Shown here piece after piece: positions 48,980-57,670 of a stretch of DNA of 64,000 nucleotides (within the stretch, counting starts at the first letter, position 1; every line of letters starts with the position of its first letter). The DNA comes from a virus (Duplodnaviria; Heunggongvirae; Uroviricota; Caudoviricetes): IMG/VR virus record IMGVR_UViG_3300009709_000001, positions 189,336-253,335 of that record; one strand, given 5' to 3'. The position numbers and the translations under genes were made by a program. Under the pieces are notes generated by a model that searched no databases, was not told the origin of the DNA, and worked only from the letters and a program-made list of their open reading frames with translations.

Positions 48980-49952
48980 ACTAGGTGTAGGTCCAATGAG
49001 TGATGATATTAATCGTATCATCAACGAATATGCAAAAGAGAATAACATCATGGTTGTTGCTTCACGCAACCAGGTTGATTATAAAGATGGCTACGTCTGT
49101 AAGACAGCCGAATTGCCTTCCTATTTTACCAATGCCGGTACAATGCTTTGTCGTGACCATTGTGGCCCATACTTCAAAGACCTAGATAAGAATAAATCAA
49201 TAGGTGCTGCAATGGAAGAATGCTTCCGTACTATCGACGCAGATATTGATGCAGGCTTTGATTTAATTCACGTTGATGTTTCTAGGATTCCAGAGAAGCA
49301 ACTCGATTACGCAAGAACACTAATCGAATACATTCTAAAGAAATCACCTGGCATGAAACTCGAATTTGGCAGCGAGAATAATACCGGGCACGATCTTGTA
49401 CCTAGTGCATCACGTCTAGAAGAACAACTCGAGTTCATCAAAGAATACAAAGATAACATCATCTTCTTTGTGACACAAACCGGTAGCTTTACACAACATA
49501 CTCAAGTCGGTAACTTTGATGTTGTTGCCAATTCGAGCATTGTCGAGAAAGTTCATAATGCCGGATTTAGATTTAAAGAACACAATGCCGATTATCTAAG
49601 TAGACCAGAAGTTGAATTAAGAAAACTTGCAAAAGTCGATGCAATGAACATTGCACCACAGCTCGGCGCAGTACAAACATCAATCTCAAGAAAGCTTAGT
49701 GCAACTACCTCCGGTGTTACAAAAGAATGGCATGACTTTGCACAGATGGTATATAGTAATAACCTTTGGCAGAAATGGATGCCATTGGGAATGAATGATC
49801 CCGAAATGGCAGTACAGGTATCTGGGCACTATTTCTTTGACACCGCTCAATATCAAGCTGTACTGTCCGCTATCGACGGATACACATTTCGTTATATGCT
49901 TCGAGCAGAATTGTTCAGCATCTTCAATTGTTATCATCAAGGATTACTATGA
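48972..49952 (+). CDS. GatZ/KbaZ-like TIM-barrel (sugar-phosphate epimerase/aldolase-related) protein
   Basis: ASRNQVD..GY, RDHCGP, GFDLIHVD, KEHNADY, NIAPQLG. Confidence 0.65.
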   Translation: MFRLGVGPMSDDINRIINEYAKENNIMVVASRNQVDYKDGYVCKTAELPSYFTNAGTMLCRDHCGPYFKDLDKNKSIGAAMEECFRTIDADIDAGFDLIHVDVSRIPEKQLDYARTLIEYILKKSPGMKLEFGSENNTGHDLVPSASRLEEQLEFIKEYKDNIIFFVTQTGSFTQHTQVGNFDVVANSSIVEKVHNAGFRFKEHNADYLSRPEVELRKLAKVDAMNIAPQLGAVQTSISRKLSATTSGVTKEWHDFAQMVYSNNLWQKWMPLGMNDPEMAVQVSGHYFFDTAQYQAVLSAIDGYTFRYMLRAELFSIFNCYHQGLL

Positions 49953-50053
49953 TTGAATGGTTTAAAAGTATCGTAAATCGCATCAAGAGCGAAATCAAAT
50001 ATCGCAAGAAGATGCGTGACATTAAGAAACGCGATCCACATATCTACAAATGA
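49949..50053 (+). CDS. Small basic protein (34 aa) upstream of the carbamoyltransferase
   Basis: Manually translated MIEWFKSIVNRIKSEIKYRKKMRDIKKRDPHIYK; ATGA overlaps on both sides. Confidence 0.6.
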   Translation: MIEWFKSIVNRIKSEIKYRKKMRDIKKRDPHIYK

Positions 50054-51522
50054 AAATTACCTGGGGAATATCTGCTCTCAACCATGATGCATCTATTACG
50101 GTGGTCAGGGATAACGAGATCTTATTTGCAGCGCATGCCGAAAGGTATTCGCGTGTTAAGAATGACCAACACCTCAACTTCACAATGATTGCTGATGCAT
50201 TGGAGTATGGTCTACCAAATCAAATCGTGTGGTTCGAAAAACCATTTGTTAAGAAACTTCGACAAGCTTATGCAGGTCAATGGAGAGAAGTATTAAGCAC
50301 TACTCCGGCGACCTATCTTGCAGGATACGAATTTCAGGATACCCCGACTTATTATATTCCACATCATAAGTCACATGCGGCTGCAGGATTCTATACATCG
50401 CCGTTCAATGATGCGACAGTCATTGTGGTTGATGCAATCGGCGAATGGGATACCATCTCTGTATGGAATGCCGGAGGCAATGAGCTCGAAAAAGTTTATT
50501 CGGTAAAGTATCCTAGCTCATTAGGACTGCTCTACTCAGCATTTACTCATCGTATTGATCTTAAGCCGAACGAGGAAGAATATATCTTGATGGGTATGGC
50601 CGCATATGGTGAACCTATCTATGTCGGTGATATTAAAAGGGATTTCATCGAAGATACTTCTGCACCCAATTTTACCTTAAAGGAAAATGTTCACAGAGGT
50701 ATTCGTTGGTGGAAGCCGGAGCTAACCACTGAACAAGATTATAAGAATATCGCCGCAAGCATTCAGGTCATTACAGAAGAATACATGCTCAAACTTGTCG
50801 AATGGGCAAGTCAGAACACTCCGTCAAAGAATCTCATTCTCATGGGCGGGGTTGCACTGAATTGTGTCGCAAATGAAAAGATTGCAAGAGCGGGATATTT
50901 TGATGACATCTGGATTATGCCTAATCCGGGCGATGCAGGAAGCTCTCTCGGTGCTGCTGCTGCATTCCTAAAGACAAAATTGAACTGGCAAGGCCCATAT
51001 CTCGGAACTGATATTGATCGTCCGTTTGATACGAACACAGTTGTCGATGCTATCCTAGAACATAAGATTATCGGTATTGCAACAGGACGAGCAGAATTCG
51101 GACCACGGGCATTAGGCAATCGTTCCTTGATTGCAGACCCACGTGGAGACGAAATCAAATCCAAAGTAAACGATATTAAGAAGAGGCAACAGTTTAGACC
51201 GTTTGCACCGATCGTTCTTGAACACCTTGCACATGAATATTTCGATATGCCAGTTAAGACAAGTCCGTATATGCAATTCACGGCTAAGTGTTTGCGTCCA
51301 GACTTATTTCCTGCGATTTGTCACGTAGACGGCAGCTCCCGCGTACAGACTCTCAACGAGCAACAAAATCCTGCAATTTACAAGGTTTTGCTAGAATTTT
51401 ACCAGAGAACTGGGTGCCCTATGTTGCTGAACACGAGCCTAAACATAAAAGGTGAACCACTTGTCGATACTTGGATCGATGCAATGAAGTTCCAACAAAA
51501 GCATAACGTACCGATGTTCTAA
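50050..51522 (+). CDS. O-carbamoyltransferase (NodU/CmcH/TobZ family)
   Basis: HDAS, ERYSRVKND, HHKSHAA, DAIGE, MGMAAYG, GGVALNC, GDAG, EFGPRALGNRS, FRPFAP, HVDGSSR, LNTSLN. Confidence 0.93.
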   Translation: MKITWGISALNHDASITVVRDNEILFAAHAERYSRVKNDQHLNFTMIADALEYGLPNQIVWFEKPFVKKLRQAYAGQWREVLSTTPATYLAGYEFQDTPTYYIPHHKSHAAAGFYTSPFNDATVIVVDAIGEWDTISVWNAGGNELEKVYSVKYPSSLGLLYSAFTHRIDLKPNEEEYILMGMAAYGEPIYVGDIKRDFIEDTSAPNFTLKENVHRGIRWWKPELTTEQDYKNIAASIQVITEEYMLKLVEWASQNTPSKNLILMGGVALNCVANEKIARAGYFDDIWIMPNPGDAGSSLGAAAAFLKTKLNWQGPYLGTDIDRPFDTNTVVDAILEHKIIGIATGRAEFGPRALGNRSLIADPRGDEIKSKVNDIKKRQQFRPFAPIVLEHLAHEYFDMPVKTSPYMQFTAKCLRPDLFPAICHVDGSSRVQTLNEQQNPAIYKVLLEFYQRTGCPMLLNTSLNIKGEPLVDTWIDAMKFQQKHNVPMF

Positions 51523-52259
51523 TGAAAGCTGTCCTCTTTATTTTTGGACGATTGCATTTTCTTGAGTCTTCGTTCAGACATTATCCGTTAACTGATGTAC
51601 TCGACGGTATAGACATAGATGTTTTTGTCCACGGCGACAAAACCTACAAAGAGGTTGTCGTTGATACGTCCACAGTTTATTCGGGTGTTAACGATCCTAT
51701 CGCGGTACGCGAACTTATTAGAAGTTCGTTGGATAGATCTATTACAATTGAGCAGGAGAACAACAAGTTCTTCAAGCGTACCAAGATGCTGATGTATAGA
51801 TGGAAATGGTTAACAAATATCCTAACCGAACAAGGTTATCCGGATACTACAACCATCATGACCATACGTGGTGATGTTGCGCATGATTTCACCGATATCC
51901 CATCGGTACAAAGTCTGCTAATCAACGGAACAGATAAATGGCACTGTTCTTGGAAAAATGAATCAGCAGCCGATGATTTGATGTTTGTCACCAATCTCGG
52001 GCTGCTGAAAAAATATATCGACTATTGCAAAGTACGAGTTACAGAATTAGAATTCGACTCCCATAACAACCTTGCAGAGTTTCTGAACATTAACGAATGT
52101 TGGGAGAAACTTCCTTGCGATACTTCGGTAATTAGAAATACCACAACAGATTTCAGTTCAATAAAGGCCATTGCTGAAGCGAGTGACAATTACAACGAAA
52201 GTCGACGTGTATGTCACTATTCGACTCCCGGTGTTAAGCCGCGACCACCGCAAACTTGA
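51522..52259 (+). CDS. Hypothetical protein, distant KIAxCxSG-family-like
   Basis: MKAVLFIFGRL, DVFVH, IRGD, DDLMF. Confidence 0.5.
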   Translation: MKAVLFIFGRLHFLESSFRHYPLTDVLDGIDIDVFVHGDKTYKEVVVDTSTVYSGVNDPIAVRELIRSSLDRSITIEQENNKFFKRTKMLMYRWKWLTNILTEQGYPDTTTIMTIRGDVAHDFTDIPSVQSLLINGTDKWHCSWKNESAADDLMFVTNLGLLKKYIDYCKVRVTELEFDSHNNLAEFLNINECWEKLPCDTSVIRNTTTDFSSIKAIAEASDNYNESRRVCHYSTPGVKPRPPQT

Positions 52260-52563
52260 CAACCTCAAACTCGGGAATCTTTAATTCCGGAATTACAAAA
52301 TCGGGATGAGTCCTTTTAACTTCCCGAAAATGTTCGAACCCCTCGATACTTCCCGAATATGATGTGCCATCGACCGTCCAATCGGGGAAGGAACATTTCT
52401 TAGGATTGAAAATATCGTTCATGACTTTTATAGCCTTGGTTGCATTTTTCTCATTCAAGAAAATTGCTGCTGTTTCAAAATTTTCACTAAAGCCCGAATG
52501 TTCCGAACTATAACACCAAGTCCCGGTAGTTTTTTCACGAATGAAATAAATGTATCTTGTCAT
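52234..52563 (-). CDS. Hypothetical protein
   Basis: ATGA-coupled last gene of the minus-strand operon. Confidence 0.55.
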   Translation of the reverse strand: MTRYIYFIREKTTGTWCYSSEHSGFSENFETAAIFLNEKNATKAIKVMNDIFNPKKCSFPDWTVDGTSYSGSIEGFEHFREVKRTHPDFVIPELKIPEFEVVKFAVVAA

Positions 52564-53078
52564 CCTCGCCTCATTTTAGAAATATCAATTGCTTCCTCGT
52601 CACTGAAGATAGGAACAGCATTCGATTTATGCATAGTGCCTATACCGAGGACTTTCGTGCCCGTATAGACTGGCGACGGTTTGGACGCAACAGGACCCGT
52701 AATCCACTCACGGGGTCTATTCGTGTCCTGACTCGATACACCCTGTGTGTTCGTAGAACTCCCACTACTCCCAGACGTGATCGCAATGCCCGAAGTGCCC
52801 GAGACATTGGGCGTCGCAACTTTCTGTGCTTTCGTGGACGATTTAGTCGAGATAGCCCGTGCCTCCTGTTTCTTCTTCGAAGACGTTTTCTTGCCGCGCC
52901 CATAGACCCACTCGAGATATTGCTCAAAGGTCTCTTTTGGAAGACTCATTTCTTTGAGACGTTGATTCCTTTCCCGCCAACCAGCTTCAAGCTCGGCCTG
53001 TTTAGCCTTGGTTATCTTTGTGTCTTTCTTCTTTGTAGAAGTAGTCGATAGCCATGGGCCTTCAAGATGCATTGTCAT
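52560..53078 (-). CDS. Conserved phage hypothetical protein
   Basis: MHLEGPWL N-terminus and YTGTKVLGIGTMHKSNAVPIF C-terminus, of a type seen in T4-like phages. Confidence 0.65.
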   Translation of the reverse strand: MTMHLEGPWLSTTSTKKKDTKITKAKQAELEAGWRERNQRLKEMSLPKETFEQYLEWVYGRGKKTSSKKKQEARAISTKSSTKAQKVATPNVSGTSGIAITSGSSGSSTNTQGVSSQDTNRPREWITGPVASKPSPVYTGTKVLGIGTMHKSNAVPIFSDEEAIDISKMRRG

Positions 53079-53293
53079 CTAACTCTCCGAATAACTTCTT
53101 TAGCGTCTGATAAGTCCGTAATCTTATAATTGTCGAGCAGGATGTTCTTTAGAACGAGTTGCTCGCGATACTCTTGTATCAAATCAAAGATACGTTCTTT
53201 TTCGTAATCGTTAGCACGTCCGTGCCATTCGGTAACTTCTTCTTCGGTGAGTTGTACGAAAGCGTTTACAAATTCAAATTCTTCAGGTGTCAT
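53075..53293 (-). CDS. Hypothetical protein
   Basis: Coupled ORF. Confidence 0.55.
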   Translation of the reverse strand: MTPEEFEFVNAFVQLTEEEVTEWHGRANDYEKERIFDLIQEYREQLVLKNILLDNYKITDLSDAKEVIRRVR

Positions 53294-53555
53294 TACCTAA
53301 CATTGCTCCGTAATTTCTGATTGCTCTGGCCGCATTAAAGCAGGCACTCGCACCGGCAGCATCACTATGTGTGCGCCCTTGCCGTTCAGCAACCAATGCA
53401 CATTCTTCGATAATTTTATTGAAAAATGGTACCAGACAAAAATCAGCTTCGTGCAATGCCATATCATCAAAGCCGGCTTCACGCGCCAACGCTTCAAGGG
53501 CGTTCCATTTGTTTGTTCGTTTGACTTGTTCTGGATCTGCTCTAATCACTGGCAT
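53283..53555 (-). CDS. Hypothetical protein
   Basis: Coupled ORF; LAREAGF, IIEECA. Confidence 0.55.
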   Translation of the reverse strand: MPVIRADPEQVKRTNKWNALEALAREAGFDDMALHEADFCLVPFFNKIIEECALVAERQGRTHSDAAGASACFNAARAIRNYGAMLGNDT

Positions 53556-54073
53556 TATTTCTTACCCTTGAGCTGATTGAACATCTTCAACATAGCTTCC
53601 GCGTTACCCTTCGCATCATCAACTGGATGATGTGTATGCTTTGTATCACGCAGGTGACGAAATGATGAATAAAGATCTTGCTGTTGGCCTTTGTAGAAGG
53701 AACCAATATTGGATGATGACCAACCGAAAGGATTCCTTCCCAGGAACTTCCAGAAGTAATAATTGATGAAAGCAAAGTCGTAGCCGTTGTTATCAGACCA
53801 GAAGATTGGGCGCCGGCCGTCCATATTCTTATTCAGCCATGTTTCGAAATTAAACATGGTATCGTATGGATCGGGAAACTTCATTGTTTCTTCCCGGGTG
53901 AAACCGCCGACTGCGAGTGCTTCTGGTACCCAAATATCTGAGATGGGCTTGAGCTGCCCATAAAAGGTGCGTTGCAAACCATTTTCGACAATAACTGCGC
54001 CGAAACAAGTCATGCTATGCATACCGGGGCAAGGGCCGTCCGATTCGACGTCCACTGAAACATTCTGTGACAT
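53555..54073 (-). CDS. DEDD 3'-5' exonuclease-family protein
   Basis: SVDVESDG, NNGYD, THHPVDDA. Confidence 0.8.
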   Translation of the reverse strand: MSQNVSVDVESDGPCPGMHSMTCFGAVIVENGLQRTFYGQLKPISDIWVPEALAVGGFTREETMKFPDPYDTMFNFETWLNKNMDGRRPIFWSDNNGYDFAFINYYFWKFLGRNPFGWSSSNIGSFYKGQQQDLYSSFRHLRDTKHTHHPVDDAKGNAEAMLKMFNQLKGKK

Positions 54074-54090
54074 AGATTCTCCTTTACGAC

Positions 54091-54119
54091 ATTATACAAT
54101 ATCGTTTGAAGAATGTCAA
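54091..54119 (-). promoter_or_regulatory. Consensus sigma70 early promoter
   Basis: TTGACA-N17-TATAAT upstream of an AGGAG SD. Confidence 0.85.
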
Positions 54120-54478
54120 GGAATTACGCTGCCTGCAGGAGGAATGTGTAGAGGAATATTTGGAAGGATCAGATATTGGAGATCGATCTGACTACGTGGG
54201 AAAGGCTCGAAGATAGCCTGCTTGATGGTTGTTGCTGCACCAAACCTAACTGCAAAGCTTGCCAGGCCGAGTGTAGTGTTCTTATCGAAGATTGTATAGA
54301 CCAAATTACCAAGTCCATTTTCCAGTGTGCTGAAATAATAGACATTCGGTCCACCGTAATCACCATACGGTATAACCGATTTAGTTTTGATGGCGTTGAT
54401 TACGGCCTGCACATTCGCCTCAAGCGCGACAGTACCGATTGGTGTGCAAACTGCGAAATTTGGATACGGATATAGCAT
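54116..54478 (-). CDS. Hypothetical protein, possibly late/structural
   Basis: TGATAAATA (54483-54491, - strand) immediately upstream; low-charge composition. Confidence 0.5.
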   Translation of the reverse strand: MLYPYPNFAVCTPIGTVALEANVQAVINAIKTKSVIPYGDYGGPNVYYFSTLENGLGNLVYTIFDKNTTLGLASFAVRFGAATTIKQAIFEPFPRSQIDLQYLILPNIPLHIPPAGSVIP

Positions 54479-54488
54479 CAGCTATTTA

Positions 54489-54767
54489 TCAATCCTCGTC
54501 CCTTGTCGCAATGACCTTCTTCAATTCACCTTTAAGAACATCGAGCACTAACGATGTACGGAATGCAAACGGAAAGATTAATCCAGTTGCAATGAACATC
54601 AACATACCGGGAATGAGCATCGACAACAATAACAGTCCGATACCTAAACTGGCTGCAATGAATCCGACTACCCTTGTCACTAACAGATAACCGTAGAGTT
54701 CGTCCAATGGCTTCTTTTCAAGATCCTTGATTAGATCGGCAAGGATGTACTTTTGTTCTTCATTCAC
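54489..54767 (-). CDS. Membrane protein (two predicted TM helices)
   Basis: Long hydrophobic stretch VVGFIAASLGIGLLLLSMLIPGMLMFIATGLIFPFAF. Confidence 0.55.
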   Translation of the reverse strand: MNEEQKYILADLIKDLEKKPLDELYGYLLVTRVVGFIAASLGIGLLLLSMLIPGMLMFIATGLIFPFAFRTSLVLDVLKGELKKVIATRDED

Positions 54768-55461
54768 GGAGTTGTCCTTTCAGGGCATAGAAGTCAAGTA
54801 ATTCAAAAAATAGATCTGGATTACGAAGGAAGTGGGATCCGATAGTTTCTTCGATGTAACGTCGGGTAATATAACTTATACCGGTTGTATCTCTTATTGC
54901 GGCCATGTAATAATGAAATGCATCTTCGAGCTCTGCAGGATTATCTCTTACGGTTCTAAACATATCATATCTGTATTTCTTATCTCGAGAAATCGCATGC
55001 TGCAGATAAGTTTTATGTTGAGAGATGAATTTAACAACATCGGTTTGGAAATTGATTAATTCATTATTGAAAAGTATTAATCCATATACCGATAATTGCT
55101 CAATGTCATATTTCTCAAATGAATTGTATGGCATGAATCCAATCCAATCTCCACGCGAATCCGAAACGATGCGAGGCATTGATGAATTGAAGTTATCGCA
55201 TAATTCATATAAGCATTCTTCCATCGTGTCCATGAGAAGACCTTCGGATTCAAAACTGAACCCAAAGCCTACTCGTAGAGATGCATTATTTTCGATGATT
55301 TTATGAATTGCACTTGGATCACCTTTCTCAGATCCAGACCGAAGAGTAAGACGTTGTCTTCCCAATTGATCTTCAATGGGTTTCGACAAATCTATGGTCG
55401 TGTGCGAATGAAAGCCTATGATCGACGTCGTAGGCGTAATCTCGAAACGGGGTGTGCCCAT
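54760..55461 (-). CDS. Hypothetical protein
   Basis: Start moved to ATG 55461 (TAATG coupling with the Imm-like gene). Confidence 0.55.
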   Translation of the reverse strand: MGTPRFEITPTTSIIGFHSHTTIDLSKPIEDQLGRQRLTLRSGSEKGDPSAIHKIIENNASLRVGFGFSFESEGLLMDTMEECLYELCDNFNSSMPRIVSDSRGDWIGFMPYNSFEKYDIEQLSVYGLILFNNELINFQTDVVKFISQHKTYLQHAISRDKKYRYDMFRTVRDNPAELEDAFHYYMAAIRDTTGISYITRRYIEETIGSHFLRNPDLFFELLDFYALKGQLRE

Positions 55462-55643
55462 TACTGAGATCTGCTCAACAGGCTCCAAGCCAAGAGTGGT
55501 AACCAGAAGATTACAGACCACCCAAGGAATAGATTAATCCAGAAGCACAGCGTGGTATTCTTATGTCCACGTTGGTTTGCGATAATAGTCGGTAAGAACA
55601 TTATCGCGGTGACAATCAAGAAAAACAGGATATCAACGATCAT
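55461..55643 (-). CDS. imm: Superinfection immunity protein (T4 Imm-like)
   Basis: FLPTIIA..RGH.N....WINLFLGWS...W...LAWS matches the Imm pattern. Confidence 0.8.
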   Translation of the reverse strand: MIVDILFFLIVTAIMFLPTIIANQRGHKNTTLCFWINLFLGWSVIFWLPLLAWSLLSRSQ

Positions 55644-55644
55644 T

Positions 55645-55827
55645 TCACTCCCCTATGCGAAACAATATAATTTCGATTGCATCAAGGAAGATAAAGCCAG
55701 TATAGGCAAGTATGCAAACGGGAATGAGAAGCAATTTCCAAAGCTCCTCGACTTCATCATACCAAGTTAGAAAATCTAGGCACTTGTCGCCGGCATTCCT
55801 AACTAGATCAAAGATGTCTTCTACCAT
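55645..55827 (-). CDS. Small membrane protein
   Basis: One hydrophobic helix; in operon. Confidence 0.45.
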   Translation of the reverse strand: MVEDIFDLVRNAGDKCLDFLTWYDEVEELWKLLLIPVCILAYTGFIFLDAIEIILFRIGE

Positions 55828-56000
55828 TCGCTCTCATCCGAATCGATCACACTAAATGATGACTCAGAAAGAATACGACCTTTATACTTGAGTTGTACCG
55901 TTCTGTAATTCGGGCCATCAAACGTATCGTGTTTTACTTCGACTACTAGATCGCCTAATACATTTTCCACAATTCTTTCTACGTCTTCTCTGTTCAACAT
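55821..56000 (-). CDS. Hypothetical protein (59 aa)
   Basis: Manually translated MLNREDVERIVENVLGDLVVEV...DESEW; fills the operon gap. Confidence 0.5.
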   Translation of the reverse strand: MLNREDVERIVENVLGDLVVEVKHDTFDGPNYRTVQLKYKGRILSESSFSVIDSDESEW

Positions 56001-56001
56001 T

Positions 56002-56244
56002 TTATGCTTTCGTTATAGTTGCTTCAAGATTTTCATCGATAACAATTCGACAATTCTTAAACTTCAGGGCACCCTTCGTAGATGGATTATCGGGAGTCTC
56101 CTTCGTGCTCCACGGACAATCCGCCGTCATATGGTTAATGTAGTACGTTTCGCCCTTGGTTTTAATAATCCACATCGGAATCGATGGATCCGCGAGATGG
56201 CCTTTATTAAAATGAAAGATTGCTTCCTTAGTGATAATATCCAA
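56002..56244 (-). CDS. Conserved phage hypothetical protein
   Basis: FHFNK.HL.D.SIPMW..K.KGETYY..H, TKETPDN. Confidence 0.55.
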   Translation of the reverse strand: MDIITKEAIFHFNKGHLADPSIPMWIIKTKGETYYINHMTADCPWSTKETPDNPSTKGALKFKNCRIVIDENLEATITKA

Positions 56245-56291
56245 AACCTACTTCATGATGTTTCCTTTAAGTTACCATGTATTTACTATCA

Positions 56292-56474
56292 TCAGCCGTA
56301 GTGGCTAGATTTGTATGAAGATTCTGAGCGAATACGATTCATCTCAGCTTCAATCTCGTCAAGCCCGCGAGACAAGTCCCCGGGCCATAGGGCACCGCCC
56401 TTATAATTCGATGCCAAGATTCTTGCCTTGGCTGCAATGATTTCTAACCTTGCGGCTATAGTATCATCTTTCAT
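56292..56474 (-). CDS. Hypothetical protein
   Basis: ATGA-coupled ORF. Confidence 0.5.
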   Translation of the reverse strand: MKDDTIAARLEIIAAKARILASNYKGGALWPGDLSRGLDEIEAEMNRIRSESSYKSSHYG

Positions 56475-56794
56475 GTTCTTTTAAGTTCCTTATCCAGATC
56501 AATCGTATATAGATCTGCCTCTGGACGAGCTGGTTGCGTTTCCTGGAAATCGTTCAACAACAAATCGACAACGACAGTTTCGCTCGGGGTCAGATGATGT
56601 ACATCAGGAATGTTCGATGTCTCGACATCCCAATCAGTATCCTTGAATGCCCGTGAACTCTTTCGTGCCTCGGCACGAGCTCTTGCTTCTGCAACCATAT
56701 CACCAGATTGAATTTTCTGGTCAACCTTGTTTGCCCATCTGACCCACAGGCCGACAGCCAACAAAACAACTGCACCGATAATCAGATAAGACAT
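56471..56794 (-). CDS. Membrane-anchored hypothetical protein
   Basis: N-terminal TM helix; AAGGA SD; own promoter. Confidence 0.55.
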   Translation of the reverse strand: MSYLIIGAVVLLAVGLWVRWANKVDQKIQSGDMVAEARARAEARKSSRAFKDTDWDVETSNIPDVHHLTPSETVVVDLLLNDFQETQPARPEADLYTIDLDKELKRT

Positions 56795-56817
56795 AACAAT
56801 CCTTCACGCTATGATTT

Positions 56818-56846
56818 AGTATACAGCGATGGGATGAAAAAGTCAA
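56818..56846 (-). promoter_or_regulatory. Sigma70-type early promoter
   Basis: TTGACT-N17-TATACT. Confidence 0.75.
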
Positions 56847-56851
56847 CAGGA

Positions 56852-57154
56852 CTACTTCCAAACAGTGAATGGAAAACGAAGTAAGAATGCTAACCGATCA
56901 GATTCCTTCTTCAAATAGATGCTGTCATAGACCACCGGTACGAAATCTTCGTAATCATCTTGCACAGTTGGAATAACAAGATGGTCATAATTTCCACCGA
57001 GTTGCCAATGTGGATAACCTTCCTCCGGATGAATAGTTTCTCTGCACCACTTTCGAATTTCGAGTTGTTGATCAATGCAGGCCTTCCACTCTACCATGGT
57101 TGCTGCATGTTGCGGTAGTTCACAGAACTTTATTTGAAAGATATTATTTTTCAT
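56852..57154 (-). CDS. Array paralogue
   Basis: KWCRET...YLKKESDRLAFLLRF. Confidence 0.7.
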   Translation of the reverse strand: MKNNIFQIKFCELPQHAATMVEWKACIDQQLEIRKWCRETIHPEEGYPHWQLGGNYDHLVIPTVQDDYEDFVPVVYDSIYLKKESDRLAFLLRFPFTVWK

Positions 57155-57404
57155 GTACTACTAATCCGGTCTTACCGAAATGAATTGTGAATCTTGTAGC
57201 GTCTTCGTCCTTGAGGAAATAGAGGCACCGAATTACGCCAGTGACTCCGTATCTGGTAATACCAATATCCCAGTCTTCATCCTTGATATTCTCATCCATC
57301 CAGTTTACAACTTCGGCCTCGGCCTCGAAAAGTTTTTCCCTAGAAGAACCTACTCTGCCTGATTGATTATCATAATAATCATCTAGGTAAATTCGATATG
57401 TCAT
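57144..57404 (-). CDS. Array paralogue
   Basis: NWMDENI...YFLKDEDATRFTIHF; start at the ATGA overlap. Confidence 0.7.
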   Translation of the reverse strand: MTYRIYLDDYYDNQSGRVGSSREKLFEAEAEVVNWMDENIKDEDWDIGITRYGVTGVIRCLYFLKDEDATRFTIHFGKTGLVVHEK

Positions 57405-57670
57405 GTGAGTACATCTATAAAGGCCAGTTTGAATGCGGTTGCATCTTCGGCGCGGTCGAAATACATTAGTGTTCGGAAGCATGGCCCGCCGCGCTGTTCA
57501 AACTTATCGGTAGTGGGACCTAGATTCATCCAGTCCTTCCATGCTTCGCCGACATTCTTCTCTAACCAAATTCTCATCTTTCGATAATGGTCATTCACAT
57601 CATGGTAGGTATCACACTTTTCGAATAGCGGCAAGAAGCTAACCGACGGGCTTGTATCTAGGTCAATCAT
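57401..57670 (-). CDS. Array paralogue
   Basis: IWLEKNVG...YFDRAEDATAFKLAF. Confidence 0.75.
   Translation of the reverse strand: MIDLDTSPSVSFLPLFEKCDTYHDVNDHYRKMRIWLEKNVGEAWKDWMNLGPTTDKFEQRGGPCFRTLMYFDRAEDATAFKLAFIDVLT

Noticed and set aside
35438-52259. Cluster as a DNA hypermodification pathway
   Set aside because: No hydroxymethylase, thymidylate-synthase-like or deazaguanine genes seen, and the context is late/structural; disfavoured rather than excluded
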